DNA of 64,000 nucleotides from Anaeromyxobacteraceae bacterium (GCA_047602405.1 JASGHJ010000002.1:2400001-2464000); one strand, 5' to 3'; shown: positions 15,644 to 27,103, counted from the stretch's first letter. The notes: generated from the letters alone by a model not told the origin. Numbers and translations: made by a program.

Positions 15644-17257
15644 ATGCCCGCCCAGACGATGGAACAGCTGGTCTCCCTCTGCAAGCGCAGGGGGTTCATC
15701 TTCCCCGGATCCGCCATCTACGGCGGCCTCCAGGGCACGTACGACTACGGCCCGCTGGGCGTCGAGCTGAAGAACAACCTGAAGCTCGCGTGGTGGCGCG
15801 CGAACGTGTGGGAGCGCGAGGACGTGGAGGGGCTCGACGCGGCCATCCTCATGAACAAGCTGACCTGGAAGTACTCGGGTCACGAGGAGACCTTCGTCGA
15901 CCCGATGGTCGACTGCAAGGCGTGCAAGATGCGCTGGCGCGCCGACCAGATCGCCGGCAAGTGCCCGAACTGCGCCTCCACCGACCTCACCGAGCCGCGC
16001 CCGTTCAACCTGATGTTCAAGACCCAGGTCGGCCCGGTGCCGGACCCGGAGTCCTTCTCGTACCTCCGGCCCGAGACCGCCCAGGGCATCTTCGTCAACT
16101 TCAAGCACGTCCTCGACGCCACGAGCCGCAAGCTCCCCTTCGGCATCGCCCAGATCGGCAAGGCGTTCCGGAACGAGATCACCCCGCGCAACTTCATCTT
16201 CCGGGTGCGCGAGTTCGAGCAGATGGAGATCGAGTTCTTCGTGAAGCCCGGCGAGGACGAGGCCTGGCACAGGCGCTGGGTCGAGGACCGCACGAACTGG
16301 TGGAAGTCGGTCGGGCTCCAGGGCGACAACCTCGTCGCCTACCACCAGAAGCCCGAGGAGCTCGCGCACTACGCGAAGGCCACCGTCGACCTCCTCTACC
16401 GGTTCCCGCACGGCCTCGAGGAGCTCGAGGGCATCGCGAACCGCACCGACTACGACCTCGGCTCGCACTCGAAGGACCAGGGCTCGCTCGGCCTCACCGC
16501 GAAGGCGACCCCGAACGGCCACTCGACCGAGAAGCTCACCTGGTTCGACCCCGACGCGAAGAAGCACGTGGTGCCCTTCGTCATCGAGCCCTCCGGCGGC
16601 GTCGACCGCGGCGTGCTCGCGGTCCTCTCGGAGGCCTACGCCGAGGAGCAGGTGAAGGCGCCGCCGGCGGAGCGGCTCGCCCCCGCGCAGGAGGCCCTCC
16701 AGACCTTCCTGAAGTCGGTCGGCCGCAACGAGAAGCTCGCGAAGGACGTGAAGGACGCCCTCGTCGCCGAGGGCGAGCGCATCCTCCAGGCGCCCGGCGA
16801 GCGGCTCGCCTCGGTCACCGGCCTCCTCTCGATGCCGGGCGCCGAGTCCATCGAGGTCGCGAAGAAGGTCCGCGGCCAGGTCGACCCGCTCGTCGACGAG
16901 TTCTACCGGACGGTGCTGCACTTCACGCCGCGCATCGCGCCCATCAAGGTCGCGGTGCTGCCGCTCAAGAAGAACCAGCCGGAGATCGTCGAGACCGCGA
17001 AGCGGATCCGCCGCGAGCTCCAGGGCGCGGCCGCGATGCGGACCGTCTACGACGACACCGGCGCGATCGGGAAGCTCTACCGGCGGCAGGACGAGATCGG
17101 CACGCCGTTCTGCGTGACGGTCGACTTCGACACCATCGGCCAGGGCAAGGAGCCCGGCCTCGCCGGCACCGTCACCGTCCGCCACCGCGACTCCATGCAG
17201 CAGGAGCGCGTGCCGGTGAAGGAGCTCGAGGGGTACCTGCGGGAGAAGCTCCGGTAG
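15644..17257 (+). CDS. glyQS: Glycine--tRNA ligase (alpha2 homodimeric type)
   Basis: [75 protein letters not shown]. Confidence 0.96.
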   Translation: MPAQTMEQLVSLCKRRGFIFPGSAIYGGLQGTYDYGPLGVELKNNLKLAWWRANVWEREDVEGLDAAILMNKLTWKYSGHEETFVDPMVDCKACKMRWRADQIAGKCPNCASTDLTEPRPFNLMFKTQVGPVPDPESFSYLRPETAQGIFVNFKHVLDATSRKLPFGIAQIGKAFRNEITPRNFIFRVREFEQMEIEFFVKPGEDEAWHRRWVEDRTNWWKSVGLQGDNLVAYHQKPEELAHYAKATVDLLYRFPHGLEELEGIANRTDYDLGSHSKDQGSLGLTAKATPNGHSTEKLTWFDPDAKKHVVPFVIEPSGGVDRGVLAVLSEAYAEEQVKAPPAERLAPAQEALQTFLKSVGRNEKLAKDVKDALVAEGERILQAPGERLASVTGLLSMPGAESIEVAKKVRGQVDPLVDEFYRTVLHFTPRIAPIKVAVLPLKKNQPEIVETAKRIRRELQGAAAMRTVYDDTGAIGKLYRRQDEIGTPFCVTVDFDTIGQGKEPGLAGTVTVRHRDSMQQERVPVKELEGYLREKLR

Positions 17258-17260
17258 GCG

Positions 17261-17692
17261 CTACGCGGGCGGCGCGGCCGCCTCGTCCTCCAGGTTCTTC
17301 CACTCGCCGTGGACGACCATCACGGGGCAGCGCGCCGCGCGCACCGTGCTCTCGGCGACCGAGCCGACGAGCGCGTGCGCGCGGCCCGTCCAGCCGTGCG
17401 TGCCCATGATGACGAGATCGATCGCCTGGCCGTTCACCCAGCGGGCGATCGCGCTCTTGGGATGACCACCCGTGTGGGCGGTCGTGACCCGCGGCGCCCC
17501 CGCGGCCTCGGCCAGCCCGCGCATGCGGGACAGCTGACCCTGCAGGGTCGGGTTGGTCCGCTCGTCCACGTGGAGCACGACGAGCTCGGCGTCCATGCGG
17601 CGCGCCATGTCCGCCGCGACGAGCAGGGCCGCGCGGGACTCGGCGGAGAAGTCCACCGGGCAGCACACCCGGGTCCAGGAGATCTCGGTCAT
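17261..17692 (-). CDS. Universal stress protein
   Basis: PVDFS…A; MGTHG…GSVAESTVRAARCPVMVV. Confidence 0.9.
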   Translation of the reverse strand: MTEISWTRVCCPVDFSAESRAALLVAADMARRMDAELVVLHVDERTNPTLQGQLSRMRGLAEAAGAPRVTTAHTGGHPKSAIARWVNGQAIDLVIMGTHGWTGRAHALVGSVAESTVRAARCPVMVVHGEWKNLEDEAAAPPA

Positions 17693-17792
17693 GCCTGGAC
17701 GGTGACCACCGCGGGCCCGGCGGTCACCGGCCCCATCTCGTGCCTGCCGCCGCGGCCGCCCCGGCGGGAGCGGCGTCCGGGCGGCCGTTCGC

Positions 17793-18158
17793 TCAGGCCG
17801 GCGTGGCCCGGCCGTCGTAGGCCTTCTTCGGCACCTGCTCGAAGTCGACGTCCTCGAGGCAGCGCACGTTCACCGCGACGATCGGCGACCCGTCGGGCAT
17901 GGCCCCGCGCGCGAAGGAGCGGACGCCGCAGGTCCTGCAGAAGAGGTGGTGGATCTTCTTCTTCCCGAACTGGTAGTCGGTGAGGTTCCCCTCGCCCGAG
18001 AGGAGCTCGAAGCTCGACGCCGGCGCGAACGCGAGGGCGGTGCCAGTCCGCTGGCAGATGGAGCAGTTGCAGGTCACGGCGCCCTCGAGCTTCATCGCGA
18101 CGCGGTACTTCACGGCGCCGCAGTGGCAGCTGCCCTGGTAGGTGGTGGTGTCGGTCAT
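17793..18158 (-). CDS. GFA/CENP-V family protein
   Basis: GSCHCGAV, CNCSIC, HLFCRTCG, VNVRCL. Confidence 0.92.
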   Translation of the reverse strand: MTDTTTYQGSCHCGAVKYRVAMKLEGAVTCNCSICQRTGTALAFAPASSFELLSGEGNLTDYQFGKKKIHHLFCRTCGVRSFARGAMPDGSPIVAVNVRCLEDVDFEQVPKKAYDGRATPA

Positions 18159-18169
18159 GGCCGTCGACT

Positions 18170-18922
18170 CTAGTCGACGTGACCGACGGTCGCAGGAGAT
18201 CCGAGCGCGGCGCGCATCCCGTCCGCCGCGCGCCCCATCGCCTCCCTCCCCCGCTCGAGCGCGAACGGGCCGCTCCGCGGGAGCCCCTCGAGCGCGACGG
18301 CGCGCAGCCCGGGCCGCACGGGGAGCTGGAGCGCGGGGCTGCCGCGGCGCCGCCACGGCGAGCGGGAGGTGAGGTGGTGGTAGAGGATCCGCTCGCCCGG
18401 GCCGGCCCCGTCGAGGCCGGGCCGGTCGAGCACGCCGCCATCGGCGCAGAGCCGCCCGGCGACGCGCACCGGGTGGAAGAGCACCGGCAGCGCGCAGGAG
18501 GCGTGCACCGCCGGCGAGAGCGGCCCGCTCGAGACGACGGCGGTGCGGCGGGCGAGCACGTCGAAGACCGAGACGGCGAGCGGCGTCGGGCAGGCCTCGA
18601 AGGTCGCCACCGGGAGGAGGGCGTCGAGCCGCGCCCGGAAGCGCCGGCCGCGCAGGAGCCCCGGCCCCGGCCACGGGTCCCAGAAGTGCTCCCGGCGCAG
18701 CGCGAGCAGCTCCTCCCGGATCCGCGCCGCCGGCACGCCGGCCGCCCACAGCGAGCCCACGAGCGCGCCCGCGGAGGAGCCCGTCACGCGCGCGGGCCGG
18801 AGCCCCTCCTCCTCGAGCACGGACACCACCCCGGCGTGCGCGAAGAAGCCGAAGAAGCCCGACGAGAGCGCGAGCGTGAAGGGCCCCGCCGAGAGCCAGG
18901 CGCGCAGGGAGGGGTCGCTCAC
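18170..18922 (-). CDS. Patatin-like phospholipase
   Basis: [19 protein letters not shown] nucleophile, ASCALP, DGG; GTG start overlaps the SDR stop. Confidence 0.88.
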   Translation of the reverse strand: MSDPSLRAWLSAGPFTLALSSGFFGFFAHAGVVSVLEEEGLRPARVTGSSAGALVGSLWAAGVPAARIREELLALRREHFWDPWPGPGLLRGRRFRARLDALLPVATFEACPTPLAVSVFDVLARRTAVVSSGPLSPAVHASCALPVLFHPVRVAGRLCADGGVLDRPGLDGAGPGERILYHHLTSRSPWRRRGSPALQLPVRPGLRAVALEGLPRSGPFALERGREAMGRAADGMRAALGSPATVGHVD

Positions 18923-19758
18923 GCGGCCTTCGCGGGAGCGAGCCCGAGCAGCCGCTCGGAGGCGTCCCACAGCAGGCCCGCGAGGGTGGGCGTGACCTGC
19001 CCGTTCACCCGCCCCGGCCGTCGGTTCACGTAGAAGCCGCCCGCCTCGAGCGCCCGCCCGGGCGTCGCCGTCGCGAGCCACACGAGCGTGTCGGCGCCCT
19101 GCTCCGGCGTCCGGAGGAACGGCTTCGTGAGGAGGCTGCCGTAGAACCAGCGCATGAGGGCGCTGCCCTCGCGCGCGAAGCCGGAGGCCACCACGCCCGG
19201 ATGGAACGAGACGCCGGTGACCCCCGGATAACGCCGCCCGAGCTCCATCGCGTGGAGGATGTTCATGCGCTTCGCCGCGCCGTACGCCGCCATGGGCGAG
19301 TACGCCGTGGCGTTCTCGAGGTCGCCGAGGTCCACCTTCCCCCAGTGGTGCGCCATGCTGGAGGTGTTCACGACGAGCGCGCGGCAGGCCTCGAGCCGCT
19401 TGCGGAGGAGCGCGGTGAGGAGGAAGCCCGCGAGGTGGTTCACCTGGAAGGTCTGCTCGTGGCCGTCCTCGGTGAGCCGGCGCTCCTCGACGATCCCGCC
19501 GACGTTGTTCACGAGCACGTCGACGCGGGGGTGGCGGGCGAGGAGCTCGCCCGCGAAGGTCCGCACCGAGGCGAGCCGCCCGAAGTCGACGCCGAAGGCC
19601 TCGGCGCCGATCTCGGCCGCGAGCGCGGCGGTGGCCCGCGAGCGGCCCGTGATGACGACGGTGGCGCCGAGGCCGCGGAACGCCCGCGCGGCGGCGGCGC
19701 CCACGCCGGAGCTGCCGCCCGTGACGACGATGATCTTGCCGGAGAGGTCCTGGCCCAT
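18919..19758 (-). CDS. Short-chain dehydrogenase/reductase
   Basis: [30 protein letters not shown]. Confidence 0.92.
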   Translation of the reverse strand: MGQDLSGKIIVVTGGSSGVGAAAARAFRGLGATVVITGRSRATAALAAEIGAEAFGVDFGRLASVRTFAGELLARHPRVDVLVNNVGGIVEERRLTEDGHEQTFQVNHLAGFLLTALLRKRLEACRALVVNTSSMAHHWGKVDLGDLENATAYSPMAAYGAAKRMNILHAMELGRRYPGVTGVSFHPGVVASGFAREGSALMRWFYGSLLTKPFLRTPEQGADTLVWLATATPGRALEAGGFYVNRRPGRVNGQVTPTLAGLLWDASERLLGLAPAKAA

Positions 19759-19770
19759 GGGGTCCTTCGC

Positions 19771-21186
19771 TCATAGCGCAACCGCGGCGGCCGCGCGACC
19801 TCCGCTCGCGCTCGAGGACCACTCCGGGTTCGCGCGGTGCATCTCCGCGAGCACGCCCACCATGCGGTCCATCACCCGCTCCGGGGGCGTGGCGCCTGCG
19901 AGCGCCTCGTAGACGCCGGCCGCGACGGCGTGCGCGGCGTAGGCCCCGGCCGGCGCGACCGGCGCGCCGCCCGGGCCGCCGCGAAGCTCCTCCCGGAGCG
20001 AGGCGACGACCGCCTCGTCGCGGTCGCTCCAGTCCTGGATGTCGCCGAGCGCCCTCCCCTCGAGCGCCTTCATCGGCGTCCGCACGATGGCGCGGGCCAC
20101 CGCCGCCGCGGAGGCCTTCGCCGCCTCGGCGCCGATCGGCGTCCCCGCGAGCCGGATCCGCCCGAGGTCCCGGTCCACCTCCGCGGTCAGCCGATCGGCC
20201 CACCTGCCGGCACCCTGGAAGGAGAGGAGCCGCACCGTCTCGGCGACGAGGTAGCCGCGGACGAGGTCGGCGGGGTGCGGGTCGTCCGCGTCGCCGACGT
20301 TCCTGAGGTGGGGCCGGCCGGCCCAGGCGCCGTTGAGCCCGCGGAAGTAGCCGATGACCCCGGCCGCGGCGGCCGGCCCCATGTTCAGCACGCCGAGCAC
20401 GTCGGACGCGGTCTCGTCGATCCGGTCCGCCCAGTAGCCCGCGACCTCGGCCGGCAGCCCGGCGCCGGTCACCCCGCGCCGCACCGCGCGCGCGAGCTCC
20501 GGCTGCAGCCCGCGGTCGGCCTCGAGCACGTCGTGCCCGGCGGTCTCGTGCGCGAGCGCCGCCCACGCGAGGATCCCGGAGGTCGCGTTCGCCGCGGGGA
20601 GGCTCACGACCGCCGCGCCCGCGCCCAGCCGGCCCGTCTCCTTGGCGGTCCAGGTGTACGGCCCCGACTCCGCGCTGCCCCACCGGACGAGCGGCGGGAG
20701 CACGCCCGCGTCGGGCGGCTTCACGCCGCGGCGCGACTCGGCCGAGAGGAAGCCCGCGTACACGTCGGAGACGACCTCCTCGAAGGCGGCCGTCGGTCGC
20801 GCCTGGTATCCCTCGGCGCGCTGCAGCACCGCCTGGGCCATGTCGAGCAGGAGGCCCGCCTCCCCGGCGCGGTCCGGGTCGGCCGCGAGCAGCCGCGCGA
20901 AGCCGCGCTCGCCGAGGCGGTCGAGCCGCGCGACGAGCGGGTCGACGAACGTGGCCCGGTACGCGGGCGGGAGCGCGGCGCGGGCGGCGGCGAGCCGCGT
21001 CCGCAGCGGCGCGAACCGGGTCGGGTCGGGCGGCCCGTCGGAGCGGACGCGGGCGGCGCGCAGCGCGTCGTCGACGCAGGCGCCGAGCCCGGCGAGGCCG
21101 GCGGGATCCGCGCCGCCGCGCGGCGCGAGGGGGGTGACGGGGTGGAGGGGGACGGCCCGGGCGGTGGCGGTGACGTGGGTGAGCAT
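19771..21186 (-). CDS. Hypothetical protein, possible zincin-like metalloprotease (HETAGH)
   Basis: 471-aa ORF with host-like codon usage; [18 protein letters not shown]…R motifs. Confidence 0.7.
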   Translation of the reverse strand: MLTHVTATARAVPLHPVTPLAPRGGADPAGLAGLGACVDDALRAARVRSDGPPDPTRFAPLRTRLAAARAALPPAYRATFVDPLVARLDRLGERGFARLLAADPDRAGEAGLLLDMAQAVLQRAEGYQARPTAAFEEVVSDVYAGFLSAESRRGVKPPDAGVLPPLVRWGSAESGPYTWTAKETGRLGAGAAVVSLPAANATSGILAWAALAHETAGHDVLEADRGLQPELARAVRRGVTGAGLPAEVAGYWADRIDETASDVLGVLNMGPAAAAGVIGYFRGLNGAWAGRPHLRNVGDADDPHPADLVRGYLVAETVRLLSFQGAGRWADRLTAEVDRDLGRIRLAGTPIGAEAAKASAAAVARAIVRTPMKALEGRALGDIQDWSDRDEAVVASLREELRGGPGGAPVAPAGAYAAHAVAAGVYEALAGATPPERVMDRMVGVLAEMHRANPEWSSSASGGRAAAAVAL

Positions 21187-21363
21187 GGCCGGGCCGCATT
21201 GCGACGGGCGTGCCGCCCGGCCCGGCGCGGCGACGCCGCGAGATCAAAGGGCTTCTCGCGGGGCGGCGGGCGCGGCCGGGGTCCGCGCGGCGGCCGGTGG
21301 GGTCGCGCGGCGGACCGGACCCGGCGTGCGCCGGCGCGGGCCCCCGCCTAGAATCCCGCCCCC

Positions 21364-21783
21364 ATGTCCTTCGAGGTGGAGACCCGCAACGTCCACGGCC
21401 GCGTCACCTCCGTCGGGAGCGCCGGCGGCCACACCCTCGTGATCGATCGCCCGGCGGCCGCCGGCGGCGGCGGCCTCGGCTTCAACGGAGGCGAGCTGCT
21501 CCACCTCGCGGTGGCCGGCTGCGTCTCGAACGACCTCTTCCGCGAGGCCGCCGCGCTCGGCATCCGGCTCGAGGCGGTCCGCGTCACGGCGAGCGGCGAG
21601 TTCTCGGGCGACCCCGCCGTCTCCGGCGGCGTCACCTACGCCGTCGAGCTGACCGGCGACGCCGACGAGGCCCGGCTGCGCGCGCTCGTCGAGCGCGTGG
21701 ACGCGATCGCCGAGATCCCGAACTCGCTGCGGCGCGGCACGGCGGTGCGGCTGGGGGCTGCGACGGTGCGCCAGGTCCCCTGA
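21364..21783 (+). CDS. OsmC/Ohr-like protein
   Basis: DRP…[20 protein letters not shown]-terminal IPNSLR. Confidence 0.8.
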   Translation: MSFEVETRNVHGRVTSVGSAGGHTLVIDRPAAAGGGGLGFNGGELLHLAVAGCVSNDLFREAAALGIRLEAVRVTASGEFSGDPAVSGGVTYAVELTGDADEARLRALVERVDAIAEIPNSLRRGTAVRLGAATVRQVP

Positions 21784-21785
21784 GG

Positions 21786-22121
21786 TCACCTCCGGCGCGG
21801 CCGCTTCGCGCGGGGCTCGAGCAGCGCGACGAGCTCCCCCGCGCTCCTCCGGAGCGCCTCGCCGCCGCCGCGGGCGAGCGCGTCTCGCACGGCGGTCACG
21901 CGCGCGAGCACCTGCACCTGGGTCGCCCGCCAGTCCTTCAGCCCCTCGGTCCGCGCCTCGTGCACCGACGCCACCGCGTCGAGCGCGCCCTTCACCACCT
22001 CGGCGAGGCGCCCGCCGTGCGTCCGCTCGAAGGCCGCGTGCGTGTCGGCGCCCGCGAGCAGCGCGAGATCCTGCACGGCGGCCGCGTAGAGGGAGGCGAA
22101 CTCCCGGGTCTCTTCGCCCAT
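21786..22121 (-). CDS. Hypothetical protein (~111 aa)
   Basis: ATG at 22121; helical ORF with GC3-rich codons filling the gap between genes. Confidence 0.55.
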   Translation of the reverse strand: MGEETREFASLYAAAVQDLALLAGADTHAAFERTHGGRLAEVVKGALDAVASVHEARTEGLKDWRATQVQVLARVTAVRDALARGGGEALRRSAGELVALLEPRAKRPRRR

Positions 22122-22173
22122 GCCGGGATGATAGCCCGTCGCGCGGCGCTGTCCCGCCGCACGCCCCTGCGGT

Positions 22174-23151
22174 ATGCACCCGGAGATGGACCTCGCCGGC
22201 CGGACGCTCGGGTGGCGCCACGTGCTCCTCGGCGTGGCGGCGGCCGCCGTGACGCTGGGCGGCGCCTCGTCCGCCGTGGCGCTCGTCGGGGGCGCCGCCC
22301 TGGCGCTCCTCGCCGGCAACCCCGACCCGGGCGCGACCGCCCGCCTCTCGAAGCGGCTCTTGCCGGTCGCGGTCGTGGGGCTCGGCTTCGGCATGGACCT
22401 CGGCGCGGTGGCGCGCGCCGGGGCGTCGGGGGTGGGCTACACCGCGGCGACGCTCGCGGCGGCCTTCGCCCTCGGCGCGGCCCTCACCCGGGTGCTGCGC
22501 GTGCCGGGGCGCACCGGCGTGCTCGTCACGGTCGGCACCGCGATCTGCGGCGGGAGCGCCATCGCGGCCGCCGCGCCGGTCGTGCGGGCCGAGGGGCGCG
22601 AGGTGACGGTCGCGCTCGGCACCGTGTTCCTCCTGAACGGGCTCGCGCTCGTCGTGGGCCCGCCGCTCGGCCACGCGCTCGGCCTCGGCGAGGTGCCGTT
22701 CGGGCTCTGGGCGGCGCTCGCGATCCACGACACGAGCTCGGTCATGGGCGCGGCGTTGCAGTACGGGCCGCGCGCGCTCGAGGTCGCGACCGCGGTGAAG
22801 CTCGCCCGCGCGCTCTGGATCGTGCCGGTCACGCTCGGGCTCGCCGCGCTGGAACGGCGCCGCGCGGACGCCGGGCCGCGGTCCGGCCGCCCGCCCGTGC
22901 CCTGGTTCATCCTCGGCTTCCTGGCCGCGGCCGCGGGCTCGACGTACCTGCCGTCGCTCGCGCCCGCATGGGGCGCGCTCTCCTGGGTCGCCCGCCGCCT
23001 GCTCGTCCTCACCCTCTTCCTCGTGGGCGCGAACCTCTCCCGGCGCGCGCTGCGCGAGACGGGGCCCCGGCCGCTCGCGCTCGGGCTCGTGCTCTGGCTC
23101 GCGATGGGCCTCGTCACGCTCCTCGCGGTGCGGGCCGGCTGGATCGCGTAG
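22174..23151 (+). CDS. YeiH/UPF0324 family membrane protein (putative sulfate exporter)
   Basis: GTAICGGSAIAA, AIHDTSSV, VKLARALWI, PWFILGF; multiple TM segments. Confidence 0.9.
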   Translation: MHPEMDLAGRTLGWRHVLLGVAAAAVTLGGASSAVALVGGAALALLAGNPDPGATARLSKRLLPVAVVGLGFGMDLGAVARAGASGVGYTAATLAAAFALGAALTRVLRVPGRTGVLVTVGTAICGGSAIAAAAPVVRAEGREVTVALGTVFLLNGLALVVGPPLGHALGLGEVPFGLWAALAIHDTSSVMGAALQYGPRALEVATAVKLARALWIVPVTLGLAALERRRADAGPRSGRPPVPWFILGFLAAAAGSTYLPSLAPAWGALSWVARRLLVLTLFLVGANLSRRALRETGPRPLALGLVLWLAMGLVTLLAVRAGWIA

Positions 23152-23203
23152 CGATCCCCCGGGCGCCGGACCCGTGCTAGCGTCCGGGCCCCAAGGAGAA
23201 CCC

Positions 23204-26045
23204 ATGCCCAGACTCCGCACCCCGCTCGCGCTCCTCGCGCTCGCGCTCGCGCTCGCCGCCGCCCCTGCCCTCCCGGCGGCGCCGGCGAGGGCGCCCGCCG
23301 CCCCCGCCCCGAAGACCGTCGCCGGCCTCGAGAAGGTGACCTCGGTCGAGGGGATCACCGAGTACCGGCTGCCGAACGGCCTGAAGGTCCTGCTTCTTCC
23401 CGGATCCGTCGAAGCAGACCATCACGGTCAACGTCACGTACCTCGTCGGCTCGCGCCACGAGGGCTACGGCGAGACCGGCATGGCGCACCTCCTCGAGCA
23501 CATGGTGTTCAAGGGGACGCCGAAGCACCCGAACATCCCGCAGGAGCTGACCGCGCACGGCGCGCGCCCCAACGGCTCCACCTGGTACGACCGCACCAAC
23601 TACTTCGAGACCTTCAAGGCGTCCGACGAGAACCTGGCCTGGGCGCTCGACCTCGAGGCCGACCGGATGGTGAACTCGTACGTCGCGAGGAAGGACCTCG
23701 ACACCGAGATGACGGTCGTCCGCAACGAGTACGAGCGCGGCGAGAACGACCCGTCCTCGATCCTGATGGAGCGCGTCGCCTCGACCGCGTTCCTCTGGCA
23801 CAACTACGGCAAGTCCACGATCGGCGCGCGCAGCGACCTCGAGAACGTGCCGATCGAGCGGCTGCAGGCGTTCTACCGGAAGTACTACCAGCCGGACAAC
23901 GCGGTGCTCCTCGTCGCCGGGCAGATCGACGAGGCGAAGACGCTCGCCCTCGTGCAGAAGACCTTCGGCAGGCTGAAGCGCCCCGACCGCAAGGGCGACC
24001 GGATCTTCCCGACCTACACGCGCGAGCCCACGCAGGACGGCGAGCGCAGCGTGACCCTGCGGCGCGTCGGCGACGTGCAGGTCGCCGCGGCCGGCTACCA
24101 CGTGCCGGCGGAGCCGCACCCCGACTCGGCCGCGATGGAGCTCGCGATGCTGGCGCTCACCGACGCGCCCGGCGGGCGGCTCTACAAGGCGCTCGTCGAG
24201 ACCCGCAAGGCGACGAGCGTCGGCGGCTTCACCATGGGTCAGCCCGAGCCGGGCTTCTTCTACGTGGCCGCGGAGGTCCGCCAGGACCAGCCGCTCGCCG
24301 ACGCCCAGGCCGCGCTGCTCTCGACGCTCGACGGGCTCGGGAAGGAGCCGCTCACCCAGGCCGAGGTCGACCGCGCCCGCGCGAAGATCCTCAAGAACTT
24401 CTCGCTCGCGCTCAACGCCTCCGACCGCGTCGGCATCTCGCTCTCCGAGTCGATCGGCTCCGGAGACTGGCGGCTCTTCTTCCTCTCCCGCGACCGCGTG
24501 CGCGACGCGAAGGTCGAGGACGTGAACCGGGCGGTGCTCGCCTACCTGAAGCCGTCGAACCGCACGACCGGCCTCTTCATCCCCACCGAGAAGCCCGACC
24601 GCGCCGAGATCCCCGAGGCCGCCGACCCGGCGAAGCTCCTCCAGGGCTACAAGGGCGACCCGGTGGTCGCGCAGGGCGAGGCCTTCGATCCCACCCCCGG
24701 CGCCATCGAGCCGCGGGTCCTCCGCAAGGTGCTGCCCTCCGGCCTCAAGGCCGTGTTCCTGCCGAAGAAGTCCCGCGGCGAGTCGGTCACCGTCTCGGTC
24801 ACCCTGCGCCACGGCGACGAGAGGTCGCTCACCGGCAAGGCGGCCGTCGCCGATCTCGCCGGCGACCTCCTGCTCCGCGGCACCACGAAGCACACGCGGC
24901 AGGAGCTCGAGGACCTCTTCGACAGGCTGAAGGCCCGCGTGGCCGTCGGGATGGCCGGTCCGGGCGTCCTCTCCGCCCGCGTCGAGACCACCCGCCCGAA
25001 CCTCCCCGCGGTCCTCGACCTCCTCGCCGAGGTGCTGCGGCAGCCGTCGTTCCCGGCGGCCGAGCTCGAGACCCTGCGCGGCGAGAACCTCGCGCAGATC
25101 GAGTCGCAGCGGCAGGAGCCGCAGGCCATGGCGCCGAACGCGCTCGGCCGGTACCTCTCTCCCTACCCGAAGGGCGACCCCCGCTACGTCGCGACCTTCG
25201 ACGAGCAGCTCGCCGAGTACCGCGCCGCCACGCTCGAGCAGGTGAAGGCCTACCACGCGGGGCTCGTGGGCGCGTCGCACGGCGAGGTGGCCGTGGTCGG
25301 CGACCACGACCCGGCCGCCGTGGAGCAGCAGCTCTCGAAGCTCCTCGGAGACTGGAAGTCCCCGGCGCCGTTCACGCGCGTCGCGAAGCCGTACGTCGCG
25401 ATCCCCGGGAAGGCCGAGAAGCTCCAGGCGAACGACAAGGCGAACGCGATGCTGCTCGGGCGCCAGCTCCTCGAGCTGCGCGACGACGACCCGGACTACC
25501 CCGCGCTCCTCATGGGCAACTACATGCTGGGCGGCGGCTTCCTCAACTCCCGCCTCGCCGTGCGGATCCGCCAGAAGGAGGGCATCTCCTACGGCGTCGG
25601 CTCGGGCTTCAGCGCGAGCCCGCTCGACCGCGCCGGCGAGTTCACCGTGTACGCGATCTACGCGCCGGAGAACTCGGCGCGCCTGAACGCGGCCCTGAGG
25701 GAGGAGCTGACCCGGGCGCTCACGGCCGGCTTCACCGACACCGAGGTCGCCGAGGCCCGCGCGGGCTGGCTGCAGTCGCGGCAGATGTCCCGCGCGCAGG
25801 ACGGTGCGCTCGCCGGCCTGCTCGCGACCGAGGCCTACCTGGGCCGGACGCTCACGTGGGACGCCGACCTCGAGAAGAAGGTGGCGGCGCTCACCCCGGC
25901 GCAGATCCAGGCCGCGATGGCGAAGCACCTCGACGTCGCGAAGCTGAGCCTCTTCGAGGCGGGCGACTTCGCCGCCGCCGCGAAGAAGCCGGCCGCCGCG
26001 CCCGCGCCGGCCGCGGCGCCGGCGCCGGTGCCGGGCACGAAGTAG
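23204..26045 (+). CDS. M16 family (pitrilysin-like) zinc peptidase, secreted, with an apparent +1 frameshift at ~23394
   Basis: Signal peptide and EYRLPNGLKVLL in one frame; VTYLVGSRHE…AHLLEHMVFKGT (HxxEH) and RQKEGISY in the next. Deleting one T gives VLLFPDPSKQT. Confidence 0.9.
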
Positions 26046-26051
26046 TCGGCT

Positions 26052-26086
26052 CCCGTTCGTCCCCCGACGGGCTCGGGACGAACGGG
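26052..26086. repeat. REP-like hairpin after the M16 gene (possible terminator or mRNA stabiliser)
   Basis: CCCGTTCGTCCC (26052-26063) / GGGACGAACGGG (26075-26086), perfect 12-bp stem. Confidence 0.7.
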
Positions 26087-26232
26087 CAGCGGTGAGATCG
26101 GCCCGAGACGCACGGGGCCGCGGTGAAGACGGCCGGACCCGGGGGCTGCATCGACCCCCGGTCCGGCCGTTCTGTTGCGTGGAGACGGGCTGGACTGGAA
26201 GATGCACCCGTGCGTCGACCGACGGAGCCCAC

Positions 26233-27066
26233 ATGACCACCACCCGCCCCGCCCTCCTCGCCCTCGCCCTCGCCCTCGCCCTGCCCGCCGCGGCCCGCGG
26301 CGGCGACGGCCCGATCCAGGACAACAGCTTCCTCCTCGAGGAGGCCTACAACCAGGAGCCGGGCGTCATCCAGCACATCAGCGCGTTCAGCCGCGCGAGC
26401 GCCGCGCCCAACGCGTGGGTCTACACGTTCACCGAGGAGTGGCCCGTCCGCGGCCAGACCCACCAGGCGAGCGTGACGCTCGCCTTCAACGACTTCCGGG
26501 CCGGCGACACCCGGGGGCTCGGCGACGTGCTCCTCAACTACCGCTGGCAGGCGGTCGGAAACGGCGAGGAGGCCGTCGCGCTCGCGCCGAGGCTCTCGCT
26601 CGCGCTCCCGACCGGCGACGAGAAGAAGGGGCTCGGCAGCGGCGCCGCGGGCGTCGAGGTGAACCTTCCGCTGTCGGTCGTGCTCGCCCCGACGCTCGTC
26701 ACCCACGTGAACCTGGGTGGCCGCTACACGCCCTCCGCCGCCATCGGCCCGCTGAAGGCCGACCTCACCACCTGGTTCTTCGGCCAGAGCTTCATCTGGC
26801 TCGCCCACTCGAACTTCAACGTCATGCTGGAGGCGATCTACAGCTCCAGCGAGGCCAGGGGCGATGGCTTCACCGGCCGCACCGAGAGCCTCTTCGTGAA
26901 CCCGGGCGTGCGCGCCGCCATCGACGTCGGCGACCTCCAGATCGTCCCCGGCCTCGCCTTCCCGATCGGCGTCGGCCCGAGCCGCGGCGATAAGGCGGTG
27001 TTCCTCTACCTGTCCCTCGAGCACCCGTTCCGCCTCGCCGGCCCGACCGAGCCCGAGAAGACCTGA
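26233..27066 (+). CDS. Outer-membrane beta-barrel 'transporter' (MetA-pathway/SphA-like)
   Basis: Signal peptide; IQDNSFLLEEAYNQE, GLGD, LPTGDEKKGLGSG; alternating beta strands; ends LSLEHPF plus a short tail. Confidence 0.75.
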   Translation: MTTTRPALLALALALALPAAARGGDGPIQDNSFLLEEAYNQEPGVIQHISAFSRASAAPNAWVYTFTEEWPVRGQTHQASVTLAFNDFRAGDTRGLGDVLLNYRWQAVGNGEEAVALAPRLSLALPTGDEKKGLGSGAAGVEVNLPLSVVLAPTLVTHVNLGGRYTPSAAIGPLKADLTTWFFGQSFIWLAHSNFNVMLEAIYSSSEARGDGFTGRTESLFVNPGVRAAIDVGDLQIVPGLAFPIGVGPSRGDKAVFLYLSLEHPFRLAGPTEPEKT

Positions 27067-27103
27067 GCCGCCCCGGGCGCCGGTTCGCGCTATACGGGGT
27101 GGC

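Noticed and set aside
18170..21247. 1025-aa minus-strand ORF
   Set aside because: Stop-poor GC-rich frame; only 18170-18922 (patatin) has recognisable motifs.
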